Source: Squalus acanthias (lineage: Eukaryota). From it: DNA of 64,000 bases. The notes beneath the pieces were generated by a model that was not told the DNA's origin, made no database searches, and saw only the letters and a list, made by a program, of their open reading frames with translations. Shown piece after piece: positions 1 through 13,097 of this stretch; within the stretch, counting starts at the first letter, position 1; each line of letters starts with the position of its first letter. The stretch spans positions 111,664,001 through 111,728,000 of the forward strand of contig CM059432.1 in the NCBI GenBank assembly GCA_030390025.1, given 5' to 3'. The translations under genes and the position numbers were made by a program.

Positions 1-730
1 CACCGAGCAGTGTGTGAGGCTGGTGATGCAGTTGGTAGGAGACGGCTTTTAAAGATGCATTCACTGATCTTGACCAGTGAAGCTTCTTTGGGCACTGGAG
101 CCGGGTCATGGGGGTGACACTTCTGGCAGTGATGGCCTCGGTGATCTGGTCCCACATCCTTCTTACTGGAGGGCCTCCTGGCCCCTATGGGTAGAGGCCG
201 CTCTTGTAGTGTTGACCCCCTGCACAAAGCTGGAGTGCTGCTTGCGAGACCCTGGGTGCGCCTCCCCTGGCTTGCTGAGCCATTTGTGTTAATGCTGAAG
301 CGCTTTCCCATTTTTTAGGTGTGGAAGGGAATTCAGCTTTACGAGCTGAAGACTCCCATTTGGGAATTCTTTTTAATCTTAATTTTTTTTCCAGAAGTCA
401 AGGGCTAAAAGCTGCCTATTTTTACATGATTTTAATTTTTTTAAATTTTGGTAGACAGTTCCCCTTTAAGGGACGGACTGCTCTCTGAAATGACAGCCTC
501 GCTTTAAGAGCAGGCTGTTCTTGCTGCAATGACGCCACGGCCAGGCTACATTCGTCCTCCTGCCGGGACTAACGGCACCAGGACGGCGTTACACAGTAAG
601 TTTGCGCTGGGCTAATGTTAAGTATTTCCCAGCGCCAATTTACCAGTCCTGCCAGCACCATCAATTTCGGCAGCCGTTAACGGTCTGTGGTGGCACCGGC
701 AGGTTTTTAGCAATGTCGAATTTCTAGGCC
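1..730 (-). mobile_element. End of a decayed PIF/Harbinger DNA transposon, with TIR and Myb/SANT-like gene exon 1; cut off by the window start
   Basis: TIR-like end AATTTCTAGGCC at 719-730. Minus-strand reading from ATG at 283: MAQQARGGAPRVSQAALQ...LYP*...RRMWDQITEAITARSVTPMTRLQCPKKL. This resembles the Myb/SANT-like (MSANTD) domain of Harbinger ORF2 proteins and contains an internal stop. Confidence 0.7.
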
Positions 731-960
731 AAAATGTTTAAGGAAGGGTCTCCATCCAAATCATTAACCTGCCTTTTCTCCTTTATTTTCACAGATGTCC
801 AACCTTTGGACTTAGTGACCCGCCTGCCCCAGCAAGTGAACTTCTTTCATCCATGAATAAAAAGGAATGTAAATGATGTTGCACAGACAGGAGGTGCTGT
901 TTTTCAGGTACCTTTCGCCAACCAGATACGTGAATCTCAACAGTGAGCATCAGCAGGATG

Positions 961-2605
961 GCACACACACTCACACACTCACACACACACACTCACACTC
1001 ACACACTCACACACACTCACTCACACACACTCACACTCAGACACTCACACACACACACTCACACACTCACACTCACACACTCACACTCACACACTCACAC
1101 ACACTCACTCACACACACTCACACTCAGACACTCACACACACACTCACACACTCACACTCACACACTCACACACACTCACACACTCACACACACTCACAC
1201 TCACACACTCACACACACACACTCACACACTCACACACACACTCAAACTCACACACTCACACTCACACACTCACACACACACTCACACACTCTCACACTC
1301 ACACACTCTCACACTCACACACACACACACACTCACACACACACTCACACACACTCACTCATACACTCAAACACTCACAAACAAACACTCACATTCACAC
1401 ACTCACACACACACAAACACTCACACACTCACACACTCACACACACACTCACACACTGACACACACACACACTCATACACACACACTCAAACACTCACGC
1501 ACACACTCACACACACACACTCAAACACTCACACACACACACAAACACTCACACTCACACACTCACACACACACTCACACACTCACACACACACTCACTC
1601 ACATACTCACGCACTCAGACACACACTCACACACTCACTCACACACACACTCACTCACACACTCACATACACACTCACTCACAAACTCACACTCACTCTC
1701 ACACACTCACACACTCACACTCACTCACACACTCACACACTCACACACACACTCACTCAAACACACACACTCACACACACACACTCACACACACATACTC
1801 ACACACACACACACTCACACTCACACACACACACTCACACACNNNNNNNNNNNNNNNNNNNNNNNNNNNNNNNNNNNNNNNNNNNNNNNNNNNNNNNNNN
1901 NNNNNNNNNNNNNNNNNNNNNNNNNNNNNNNNNNNNNNNNNNNNNNNNNNNNNNNNNNNNNNNNNNNNNNNNNNNNNNNNNNNNNNNNNNNNNNNNNNNN
2001 NNNNNNNNNNNNNNNNNNNNNNNNNNNNNNNNNNNNNNNNNNNNNNNNNNNNNNNNNNNNNNNNNNNNNNNNNNNNNNNNNNNNNNNNNNNNNNNNNNNN
2101 NNNNNNNNNNNNNNNNNNNNNNNNNNNNNNNNNNNNNNNNNNNNNNNNNNNNNNNNNNNNNNNNNNNNNNNNNNNNNNNNNNNNNNNNNNNNNNNNNNNN
2201 NNNNNNNNNNNNNNNNNNNNNNNNNNNNNNNNNNNNNNNNNNNNNNNNNNNNNNNNNNNNNNNNNNNNNNNNNNNNNNNNNNNNNNNNNNNNNNNNNNNN
2301 NNNNNNNNNNNNNNNNNNNNNNNNNNNNNNNNNNNNNNNNNNCACTCACACACTCACACACTCACACACACACACTCTCACTCACACACTCATACACTCA
2401 CACACACACTCACACACTCACACACACACACTCTCACTCACACACACACACACTCACACACACTCTCACACACACACACACACTCACACACACTCTCACA
2501 CACTCTCACTCACACACTCATACACTCACACACACTCTCACACACACACACCACACCACACACTCTCACTCACACACTCATACACTCACACACACCACAC
2601 ACTCT
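961..2605. repeat. Imperfect (CA)n/(CACT) low-complexity tract spanning an assembly gap
   Basis: Continuous CACACT/CACA repeats on both sides of the N run. Confidence 0.98.
1843..2342. other. Scaffold gap (500 N)
   Basis: Run of N. Confidence 0.99.
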
Positions 2606-2624
2606 TTCTCTCAGCAGGCAACCC

Positions 2625-2810
2625 TGAGTTGTAATCAGAAGCTGCAAACCTGGAGGATTTTCTTTTCCCTACCGCGGAATGAAGCCAATTGTTGGGCGTG
2701 AGTTGCCTCGGCTGAGTTCAGCCAGCTCATCACAGACTAAGGCTGAAACCTGGGACTTCCTGGACTGTAAGGTTTAGCTACTCACTGTCCAAGCTTACTG
2801 AGCCATTGAG
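2625..2810 (-). mobile_element. Old tRNA-headed SINE fragment, family unassigned
   Basis: Minus strand reads TGGCTCAGTAAG...CAGGAAGTCCCAGGTTTCAGCC...GAGCTGGCTGAACTCAGCCGAGG. Related to copies at ~33555-33660, 35140-35525 and 36980-37155. Confidence 0.5.
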
Positions 2811-3434
2811 GGATTCTTCAAAGAGCTTTGGAATTACACATTGAGTTATTAAAAGAAAGTTGAAATTGGATGTGCACAGCTCATGAAGCCAAGAGTTTTG
2901 GAAAATGCCAGTTGAGCTAATTTAAATGAGATCCACCAATTTGCTTATTAGATTAAGTGCTATTTTTAGTTCTAGTACATTAATCAGAACCATTGTATTC
3001 AACTGCTAGAAATGTGGTAAGACAGTGAAAGTGCTGTTACTGCCAAAAGCCATCTCTTGGTGGCCAGTGGGTGATAACTAGCCTATAGTGCGTTTCCAGT
3101 GTCAATGTTCTATTTAACAAAAATCCTTGTTCTAATGGTGAGTTTGATGTGTGTGTTTTTAATGTAGAATGTTTGATATTGATATATCCAAATTGAGAGT
3201 AATGATATATTTGATTGACAAAGAGGACTGCATGACCTGTGTATTACAAGTCATTTTCTGCAGCAGTTTACAGATTGATAGGTTATATAGAGAATATTAT
3301 CTGGGTTCATTTTATCCAGTTTATCTATTGTTAAATGTGCAAGGATTAAAGGCCTATGATACAAATAGAAATGTCTTGTCAATCCACTCAGCTCCAAAGA
3401 TTAAGGACCATTGTGCAGTTCTCCTTCTTCTTCT

Positions 3435-3820
3435 AAAAGGAAAGAACTTGCCTCAGGACATCCCAAAACGCTTTACAGCCAATGAAGTATTTTTGAAGTA
3501 AAATCGCTGTTGTAATGTAGACAAATGTGGCAGCCAATTTGCACACAGCAAGGTCCCACAAACTGCAATGAGATGCATGATCAGATAATCTTTTTTTATT
3601 AATGATATTGTTTGAGGGATAACTATTAACCAGGACACCAGGAGAACTCTCATTCATTCTTCTTTGAATTGTGCATGGGACCTTTTACGTCCACTTGAGA
3701 GGGCAGGTTTAACGTCTCAGCTGTAAGACAGCACCGCCAACAGTGCAGCACTCCCACAGTACTGCACTGAAGTGTCAGCCTAGATTATTTGCTCTCTAGA
3801 ATGGGGCTTGAACCCACTCC
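3435..3820 (-). mobile_element. Deu-core SINE (SacSINE1-like)
   Basis: Matches the in-window full copies at 13098 and 28935: core GCTGTGTGCAAATTGGCTGCC, tail GTAAAGCGTTTTGGGATGTCC. Confidence 0.85.
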
Positions 3821-6800
3821 AGTTCCGTCCCACTTCTGGTGTCATATTGAGGTTCTTTAGATATCTGCTGATTCTTTCTGGCCCACTCTTTGGAGGACTC
3901 TTTTTCCTGCTACTCCAATATTTTCACAAGTCTATGCATCTCATAAAATCCCTACAAATTAGAGGCTAACAACTGCATGCTATTGCTCCATATTGGTAAT
4001 TTTCTCATTTATGTTGTCCTGCTCAAGCAATTCTAATGAAGCAATACAATGTTTTCTTGCTATCATTTTGGTAAAAACCCTATAAATCATAAGATTAGAC
4101 ATGTTACTGCTCTATATTTATAGGACATAGAACATGTGCCTTTAAGAGATTAAACTTATGCATTAAATATATTGGATTTTATACCAATAGTTAATATTTA
4201 TCAGTAAAATAGCAGAGGCAAAAAAAAAATGCTCTCTAAATAATAGAAAAGTGCAGCATTGGAGATCCTTTATATGTGACCAGGGAAAAATCAGTGGTGA
4301 TGAAGATAAATCTTAACTAGGAAGTCCTGCTGATCATCCTATCTGTCATATTGTTCTTGATTTGCAGCATGGGAACTGAAGCTCAAACTCATCCATTCTC
4401 CCTCTTTTATCAATGTGATATTCCAGTAATCCCCTCTACATATTAGTGAAAGAACCCACTCATCACTGTTTGCCTTTGGATTGGTCTTCACAGGAATGTC
4501 ATCACACCAATCCCAGGACTTGTAAATTATCTGCAATGAGTTGCTTTGCCTATGAAATTATGTCCGACCTTTGGATTCAATGAACCATCTTCCCCAGCAA
4601 GTGATCTTCTTTCATCCAATTCCAGTATTGGCTTTGAAGAGCCCCCCTTGATGGATGAAAGGGATTGTGAAAATAATGTTGCACAGACTGGAGCTGGCCC
4701 CTTGTACTAGAGGGGAGGATGGCTGTACTGAATATTCTTGAGGAGATTCAATTGTAGGATTATTTAGCACATGCTTCAGTTTGAGGTGGTCACTGGTATC
4801 ATCTAATACTGGTTTATCAAGCAAAGTATCAGTGATCTGGTTGCTCAGAAATTATAGTCTCACAGCCTCTTGCACCAGAATAACAGTTAGCCCACCAGTC
4901 ACAGTACTCACTTTGTTATTCTAATGATAATTAAATTTTAAATAGAGATTTATTAATTCTTAGAATTCTTGCACATTTAATAAATAGAAGGATCTGCCTG
5001 TTTTAGATGACTTCCCAGGACATCTGCAAAGCCACCTTTACCAATATGGCGGCATCCGTAACGCAGGAGCAGATCAGGCACGGGAGCTGCACCCCAAAAT
5101 TGGTCCTTTTTGCCCCCATTTCCTGCTTGGAAAAAGATCGCAATGAGGACCAATTTTTACCCCATAGAATTAAAAACATTTAACAGGAATGTATTCACTG
5201 TACTATTTATAATAACAATGTGTTTTTTTTTCATTGAAAGCCAGGCTAAAACATTAGATGCAGTCACTTGGCCCTCATCACATCACTAGTTGTAAATATG
5301 ATTTTCATTTCCATTCTTGCCTTGCTGTAAGCCTTACTTCCCATGTTTTATTAGCTTATGGTGGAAAAGTTTTGTAATTAATGCAATGTTTGCAACCAGA
5401 AGTTAGTCCACACACAAGCGGTAATAAAAAAAGCCAGAACAACCTATTTTGAATATGTCCTTTAGTCAGTAAATAACCACTTTGTGGTTGAAAATACCCA
5501 GTGAGTCAGCGTTAGAGTGGGAGGTTTTTTCCCCATCTAGTTCAAAACCAAAAGTACTGCAATCTTCTGGCACACAGTCACTCTAATGCTTTAAAAACAA
5601 TTTAGGAACTGTCATCTCTGTAATTACAATAACTAATTACCATCCTCAGCAAACAAATTGCTGAACATAATATGCAAGCTGAATCAATTTTGAAAAAATG
5701 CAAATTTCAAGGCAAAAAGGGCATTTTGGCAAACCTGAAAGGGAAATGGGAAAATAATACACTTTGTTTTATCCTCACATAATTCCCAGGGAATATCATA
5801 TCATAAATATTTGCATTCAGTTCTTATCAAAACATTTGCATTTGCTTCTTATCAGGCTGCAGACTGGACTCTGCCAGATACTGAGAGGAGCTACACAGCA
5901 TGCACATATTTCTAATGAAACATGTCTCAGGCCGATATATTTTGGCTAGAACTTTATCACCATAATGGAGAGGTCAGTTACTTTCAGCAATGCCTCATTT
6001 TGCAACTGTCTTGTAATGTGATTCATCCAGGATTCATTCTAGAAAACAAGAATGTAAAAGACATGAGGAAATATTATATATATATATAAAATTGCTGTAC
6101 ATGTATCTAAAACATCTGTTGTCTGGCATAGGATTAACCAAGTACCCAAGATAACCACACTTGATGCCTGAATAATTGTTCACATTACTTAATTAAACAG
6201 AGTAAAAGTTGGGTTTTGCACTTAATTTTTGAAAAGTTACTGTTTGGTTGGGATTATGTCCTATAAGAGAACAAGCTCTGATTAATATTGGGAGAGATTT
6301 TTTTTTATTATCCATGCTGTCAGTTCTTTGAGAGGTTTTGCACACACTTCGGCTTTTATCAATCGCTGTAAGCTTGCACACTGAGTCTGTGGAGGGCTTG
6401 CTGTTAACAGACTACTATCAGGGCCAAGGGATACAGGAAATCCAAAATATTTATAATTGCAAATAGTACAGGGACACAGGCAAGGTTTCTAGCGAGGGCT
6501 TGTCTGATTAAGTGATGGGAACCATTCAATGCTGAGGTAATGGCTCTGTGTTTTCCCCCTTTTTTGTTTAAAGCTTTATAGTGATTCAAGGAAAATAACA
6601 CGCAGATTCATATTTTTGAGTCTTCCCTCCCCATATTATTGTGATTCTAATCCCATTGTCACTGATATTAGTACTAGGTGCCTGACAGTGTGTTCTGTAT
6701 GCATCAGTTGTTTATATAGCACTACTCAATTAAAGCAGTAATACTAGGTCGATTATTGTCCAGGTCGCCATTAGAATTCCTTCAAATCCTTTATTCTGAG

Positions 6801-7149
6801 CACTGCACAATTACTCTTCTCATTCTGATTGTTATTTGATAGTAACAGCTTCAGATTTTCCCCTTTTTCCCCTTTATACAATAAGAACTATGCAAATTGA
6901 ACATTTACCTCACAAAAGTGTTCTGGTGGTATAAAATTACATAAATAAAAAAACATTGGCATCTATTTTAAACATTCAGCTTATTTAAAATGCTTTTCTT
7001 CCCTTTATCGCAATGTCTTATTTTTACTCAGCACAGTGACAGTAGTGGTGAAAATGGTTGATAGCATTTTTGTTTCATAAAAATCTGATTGCTTGGCTAG
7101 TGATTTGCTCGCTACACAAGTCTATCGGCAGTGTTTCAATGATATATGT

Positions 7150-7505
7150 GTTTTAAGAAAGAAAATCTTGCATTCAGGTACATACCATGCCTTACATGTC
7201 CTCAAGATATCCCAAAGCACTTCATAACCCATGGGTTACTGTTGTCACTGTTGTTTTTTAATAAACAGAGCAAGAAATTTGCAGACAGCAGGGTGCCACA
7301 AATAGAAGTTTTTGGTGAGAGAGGAATATTGGCATTGACACAGGAAGAACTCCCTGCTCTTCTTTGAATAGTGCCATGGGATCCACTTTAACATCCACTT
7401 GAACAAACAGTTCATCCAAAAGCCAGTACCTCTGATAATGCAGCACTCACTCAGTGCTGCACTGAAGTGTCAGTCTAGAACATATGCTCAAGTGCTGCAG
7501 TGGTT
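7150..7505 (-). mobile_element. Degraded Deu-core SINE
   Basis: GGAAGAACTCCCTGCTCTTCTTTGAATAGTGCCATGGGATC...CAGCACTCACTCAGTGCTGCACTGAAGTGTCAG matches the other copies. Confidence 0.75.
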
Positions 7506-7734
7506 TTGATATAATTTACATAAATAGCCAATTTTTAAGTCTGAAATCACAATGATTAAAATGCAGCTTTAAAGGAGAAGGAAATTTTGAGGGAGGGAAG
7601 TTTTCGTTAGTTGTCTACTGAAATGTAATAGTTATAAAATTATCTGTTGACAGTTTAAAATATTCATTCATGACTGTATTTTTTAACTAGACAGTGGGAA
7701 AGTAAATCCACCAGAATAACTCCCCATGACTTTT

Positions 7735-10700
7735 TTTTAATTCATTCATGGGATGTGAGCGTCGCTGGCAATGCCTGCATTTATTGCCCATCCCTAATTG
7801 CCCTTTGAAAGGTGGTGGTGAGCCACCTTCTTGAACCGCTGCAGTCCGTGTGGTGAAGGCACTCCCATAGTGCTGTTAGGTAGGGAGTTCCAGGATTTTG
7901 ACCCAGCGACGATGAAGGATCGGCAATATATTTCCAAGTCAGGATGGTGTGTGACTTGGAGGGGAACTTGGAGGTGGTGGTGTTCAAATGCGCCTGCTGC
8001 CCTTGTCCTTCTAGGTGGTAGAGGTCGTGGGTTTGGGAGGTGCTGCCGAAGAAGCCTTGGCGAGTTGCTGCAGTGCATCTTGTAGATGGTACACACTGCA
8101 GCCACAGTACGCCGGTGGTGGAGGGAGTGAATGTTTAAGGTGGTGGATGGGGTGCCAATCAAGCGGGTTGCTTTGTCCTGGATGGTGTCGAGCTTCTTGA
8201 GTGTTGTTGGAGCTGCACTCATCCAGGCAAGTGGAGAGTATTCCATCACACTCCTTACTTGTGCCTTGTAGATGGTGGAAAGGCTTCGGGGAGTCAGGAG
8301 GTGAGACACTCGCCGCAGAATTCCTAGCCTCTGACCTGCTCTTGTTGCCACAGTATTTATGTAGCTGGTCCAGTTAAATTTCTGGTCAATGGTGACCCCC
8401 CCAGGATGTTGATGGTGGGGGATTCGGCGATGGTAATGCCATTGAAAGTCAAGGGGCAGTGGTTAGACACTCACTTGTTGGAGATAGTCATTGCCTGGCA
8501 CTTGTGTGGCACAAATGTTACCTGCCACTTATCAGCCCAAGCCTGAACGTCATCCAAGTCTTGTTGCATGCGGGCATGGACTGCTTCATTATCTGAGGAG
8601 TTGTGAATGGCACTGAACTCTGTGTAGTCATAGGCGAACATCCCCATTTCTGACCTTATGTTGGAGGGAAGGTCATTGATGAAGCAGCTGAAGATGGTTG
8701 GGCCTAGGACACTGCCCTGAGGAACTGCAGCAGCGATGTCCTGGAGCTGTGATGATTGACCTTCAACCGCCACAACCATCTTCCTTTGCGCTAGGTATGA
8801 CTCCAGCCAGTGGAGAGTTTTTCCCCCAATTCCCATTGACTTCAGTTTTACTAGGGCTCCTTGATGCCACACTCGGTCAAATGCTGCCTTGATGTCAAGG
8901 GCAGTCACTCTCACCTCACCTCTGGAATTCAGCTCCTTTGTCCATGTTTGGACCAAGGCTGTAATGAGGTCGGGAGCCGAGTGGTCCTGGCGGAACCCAA
9001 ACTGGGCATCAGTGAGCAGGTTATTGGTGAGTAAGTGCCGCTTGATAACACTTTCGATGACACCTTCCATCACTTTGCTGATGATTGAGAGTAGACTGAT
9101 GGGGCGGTAATTAGCCAGATTGGATTTGTCCTGCTTTTTGTGAACAGGACAAACCTGGGCTGTTTTTCACATTGTCGGATAAATGCCAGTGTTATAGCTG
9201 TACTGGAACAGCTTAGCTAGAGGCACGGCTAGTTCTGGAGCACAAGTCTTCAGCACGATAGCCGGGATGTTGTCGGGGTCCATAGCCTTTGCTGTATCCA
9301 GTGCACTCAGCCGTTTCTTACTATCACGTGGAGTGAATCAAATTGGCTGAAGACTGCCTTCTGTGATGGTGGCGACCTCACTCGGCACTTCTGGCTGAAG
9401 ATGGTTGCAAACGCTTCAGCCTTGTCTTTTGCACTCATGTGCTGGGCTCCACCATCATTGAGGATGGGGATATTCATGGAGCCTCCCCCTCCCGTTAGTT
9501 GTTTAATGGTCCACCACCATTCATGACTGGATGTGGCAGGACTGCTGTAAGATTCCAAAAACTGTAATAAAACTGCTGCTACCGTGTGGAGATCGAAGTT
9601 CAGAACGAATTGTGAAATGGTTATGGAATACTAGGAGGTCAGCATGTTCCTTTGTTTGTGAAGACACAAAATGGCGGAAGTCAGCAAGGGGTCCTTTGCC
9701 TGGTGGTCAGCATGGTCCTTTGTTTGTAAGACCACATGGACAGGAAGGAGAAACACGAATGACGAGGAAGTCTCGCCGTCACACACCTCACAGAAACATG
9801 AACGTGTCATGCGGAAAGAACTCCAATCAGGGAAGGTTTGGAGTGAAACTGACCTATCTGTGATATACGAGTGGGGCCGACAGAAAGGCCCTATAAAAGA
9901 AGTGACCCAGAGGCGGGAAATTCAGAATAAACAAAGAAGAACGGAAGAACAGACGAACAAAGAAAGCTGGCCAGTCTATGTTTTTCGACTTACGACTTTC
10001 CTGGACCGATCACCCAGAGATAAAGGAGTATGTATAAAAGTCGGACATAGAGCTTAGATATTATTAAAGGGTACTTTTATGTACAGTTGATTTGGTATAT
10101 AAATCGCCAGGAGGTAGCGTATGGGTTGCTCGGTGTACTTTTATGTACGGGTAAATTGGGTGCATATTGATTGCGATGTACACTTGAATTTTGAACTGTA
10201 GTGTGAATAAAGACCAATTTTATTGATCACATACTTATCTGTCATTGTAACGCTTTTTCTTAATTCTCGAAGTCCGAACAGTAGTAAGAGAAAGGCTTAC
10301 ACTGCAGAGCTTTGATCTGATCCATTGATTGTGGGATCGCTTTGCCCTGTCTATAGCATGCTGCTTCCGCTCTTTAGCATGCATGTAGACCTGTGTTGCA
10401 GCTTCCCCAGGTTGGCACCTCATTTTTAGGTACACCTGGTGCTGCTCCTGGAAGGCTCTTCTGCACTCCTTATTGAACCAGGGTTGGTCCCCTGGCTTGA
10501 TGGTAATGGTAGAGTGAGGGATATGCTGGGCCATGAGGTTACAGATTGTGGTGGAATACAATTCTGCTGCTGCTGATGGCCCACAGCGCCTCATGAATGC
10601 TCAGTTTTGAGCTGCTAGATCTGTTCTGAATCTATCCCATTTAGCACGGTGGTAGTGCCACACAACACGATGGAGAGTGTCCTCAGTGCGAAGACGGGAC

Positions 10701-11095
10701 TTTGTCTCCACAATGACTGCTACCAATACTGTCATGGACAGATGCATCGAGATTGGTGAGGACGAGGTCAAGTAAGTTTTTCCCTCGTGTTGGTTCTCAC
10801 ATCATCTGTCGCAGGCCCAGACTGGCAGTTATGTCCTTTAGGACACGGCCAGCTCAGTCAGTAGTGGTGCTACCAAGCCACTCTTGATGATGGACATTGA
10901 AGTCCCCCACCCAGAGTACATTCTGAACCTTTGCTACTCTCAGTGTTTCTTCCAAGTGGTGTTCAACATGGAGGAGTACTGATTCATCAGCTGAGGGAGG
11001 GCGGTAGGTGGTAATCAGCAAGAGGTTTCCTTGCCCATGCTTGACCTCAAGCCATGAGACTTCATGGGGTCTGGAGTCAATGTTGAGGGCTCTTT
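7735..11095 (-). mobile_element. 5'-truncated CR1-group LINE, 'family B' (Zenon-like motifs); ORF2 pseudogene interrupted by a solo LTR
   Basis: RT motifs DIKAAFDRVW, VPQGSVLGP, MFAYD (for FADD) and YKAQVRSVMEY in ORFs 8471-9073 and 7794-8351. Endonuclease remnant (GDFNVHH) near 10900. Frameshifted. Confidence 0.9.
9546..10301 (+). mobile_element. Solo LTR, 756 bp, ERV- or Gypsy-type
   Basis: TGTAAG...CTTACA terminal inverted repeat with a 4-bp TSD CTGC. The host LINE site GGACTGCAGAGC is uninterrupted in the copy at ~48242. AATAAA at ~10206. Strand inferred from the polyA signal only. Confidence 0.85.
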
Positions 11096-11559
11096 CCCTT
11101 TAACAAGTAGAACACAAAGCTGAGGATTATTTGTTGCACCAATTTGATTTTTTACCTCAATCCAGTGTAGCCCTGCAAAGATGATTCATAGTTTGAATTT
11201 GTTGGGTAAAAAGGTAATTATATGCAGGATTTACCCATAAATAAAATGGTGAGCTCGGAGTGCATAGGTCCCACAAAGAATTTCCAGTGTTCTCAATCTT
11301 GCACCGTCACTCATCTGTCTAAAATGTGCATTTCTGGGCTTCCACACTGTACACTTCCGATCTTGGATTCAGAACTGGTAATGATGGACTGTTAGCAATT
11401 TGGAATTTGCTGCATTGTACTGAAGTTTCTGCATTATTGTTTCTGAATTACATTTTTATATTTTTATGCTGTTTGCTGGTGGATTTTTGAATCCAGGATT
11501 CCTTCTGCATAGACGAATAGCCACAAAACTGCTGCAATCAATTGAAACAACAGTGCTCA

Positions 11560-12450
11560 GCATAAACATTCCATTAGACCTCCCAACGGCATTCATGCAG
11601 AGGGATGAAAAGCAGTTATGCTTGGACCTGAGGAGTCTGATGCCATTTGGAATCATCCCAGGAGCCTATTATTCAAGCATACACACCTGAGGAGACTTGG
11701 CTTTGCTGTCTTTGTTTCATGAAGGAGACACTGACCAAATGATGACATCTACTGACGCTCAACCTGCAGAACAGATCTGATAAAGGGGCAGCGCTGCCCA
11801 TGGCTGTCAAGGTTACCACAGCATTGAGCTTTTACATGCCCAGATTCTATTAAGCCACCATTGGTGACATTTGCCACGTTAGCCAGACTTCAGTCCACCC
11901 AATATATCAAGCAGATGATGGAATCCTTGTTTGCCAAGGGGACACTTGCCCATGGAAAGAAGGCAACATGAGAGGATGTATCATTTTTACCAGGTGGCAG
12001 GCTTGCCTAGTATGTAGGGCCTCATGGATGGCAGCAACAGCAACCACCATAGCATATATGGATAGGAAAGGTTTTCATTTCATCAATCTACAGGTATTCT
12101 CAGACCACAAGAGCAGAATAATGCAGGTGAATGTACAATACCCCGGCAGCAATCAGCATGTCTTCATTTCATGGCAGTCCACTGTTCCAGCACTAGTTCA
12201 AGGAGCAGGCAGACAGAACAGATGCCTTCTAGGGGACAAGGACTAAGCTCTCGGACCCCTGAGCAACGGACAGCAGGAAATATAATGAAGCTTATGTCTC
12301 CACATACATTCCTGTTATACATACAATTAGCACATTGAAACAGAGAATCTGCTGCCTGAACAGATCAGATTGGGTACTGCACTGCACCCAGATAATGGAT
12401 CTCAAATTATTAGCGTCTGCTATATCCTCATAATTGTGGTCTAGAGAGGG
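11560..12450 (+). pseudogene. PIF/Harbinger (HARBI1-like) DDE transposase relic
   Basis: Fragments ALPMAVKVTTALSFY...ATIGDICHVSQTSVH and YMDRKGFHFINLQVFSDHKSRIMQVNVQYPGS...LLGDKD match Harbinger transposase motifs (NRKGxHSxNVQ, PGS, LLGDxGY). Contains stops and frameshifts. Confidence 0.85.
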
Positions 12451-12779
12451 AAAACCATTCAACCACAGGACCAAGTAAGTCAGCTTGCAGCTTGTGCTGG
12501 GTTTCTACCTACATAATCTTCTCTTTCAGGTTCTCCCAAGGTGGATGTAACTGTGCTGCTGCTTACAGTCTGGATTGCTCGGTGGGTGCTTGCATGAGTT
12601 GCCAGGTTCATGCTCATCTCTATTGGGAGGGACACTAGCTTGGCAGGTCCTTACACAAAGTGAAATAGACCATGTGGGGCACAGCAGCAAGTCCAATATA
12701 GTGCCAATTTGTCACTGAATAAGTGAGCTTGAAGGACAAGCAAGATAAGTTGAAGTGAATATTTCCCTGTTTGAGATGG

Positions 12780-12923
12780 CATGAAGCTATAAGCCTCTCC
12801 CTCGCCTGCACCTTCTATGGCCTGTACCCCTCCAATTTCTAAGTTGCCCTCCTAAAGGCAGCACAGGTTAGTTGGACCGCCACCAAAGTGGTTTCTCACT
12901 CGCTGGTTGTGGGCAGTCTTCTC
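12780..12923 (-). pseudogene. Relic of exon 2 of a Harbinger Myb/SANT-like gene, convergent with the transposase
   Basis: Acceptor tttttaag followed by EKTAHNQRVRNHFGGGPTN. The same motif occurs at 62946 (EEPAHNTR*RSKTQGSP). Confidence 0.55.
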
Positions 12924-13097
12924 CTTAAAAACTGATGCTTTTAGTATTTGGATGTAACATGAGGTGCATCACAATGCCTAGCCTGCATTGCATTTTTTGT
13001 GAAAGGCTGACTACTTATTGAGCAGTGAAGGGGGGCTGCAGTGGGTGTTGGGGGAGATGACAACTTCCATCCCCTCTCTCAGGACCTGCTGCCTCAG

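Noticed and set aside
873..2634. 584-aa and 563-aa His/Thr/Leu/Ser-rich ORFs
   Set aside because: These are translations of a CA-rich simple repeat plus an N gap.
4470..4500. LWIGLHR motif resembling a C-type lectin
   Set aside because: Flanked by stops and lacking the other lectin motifs and cysteines.
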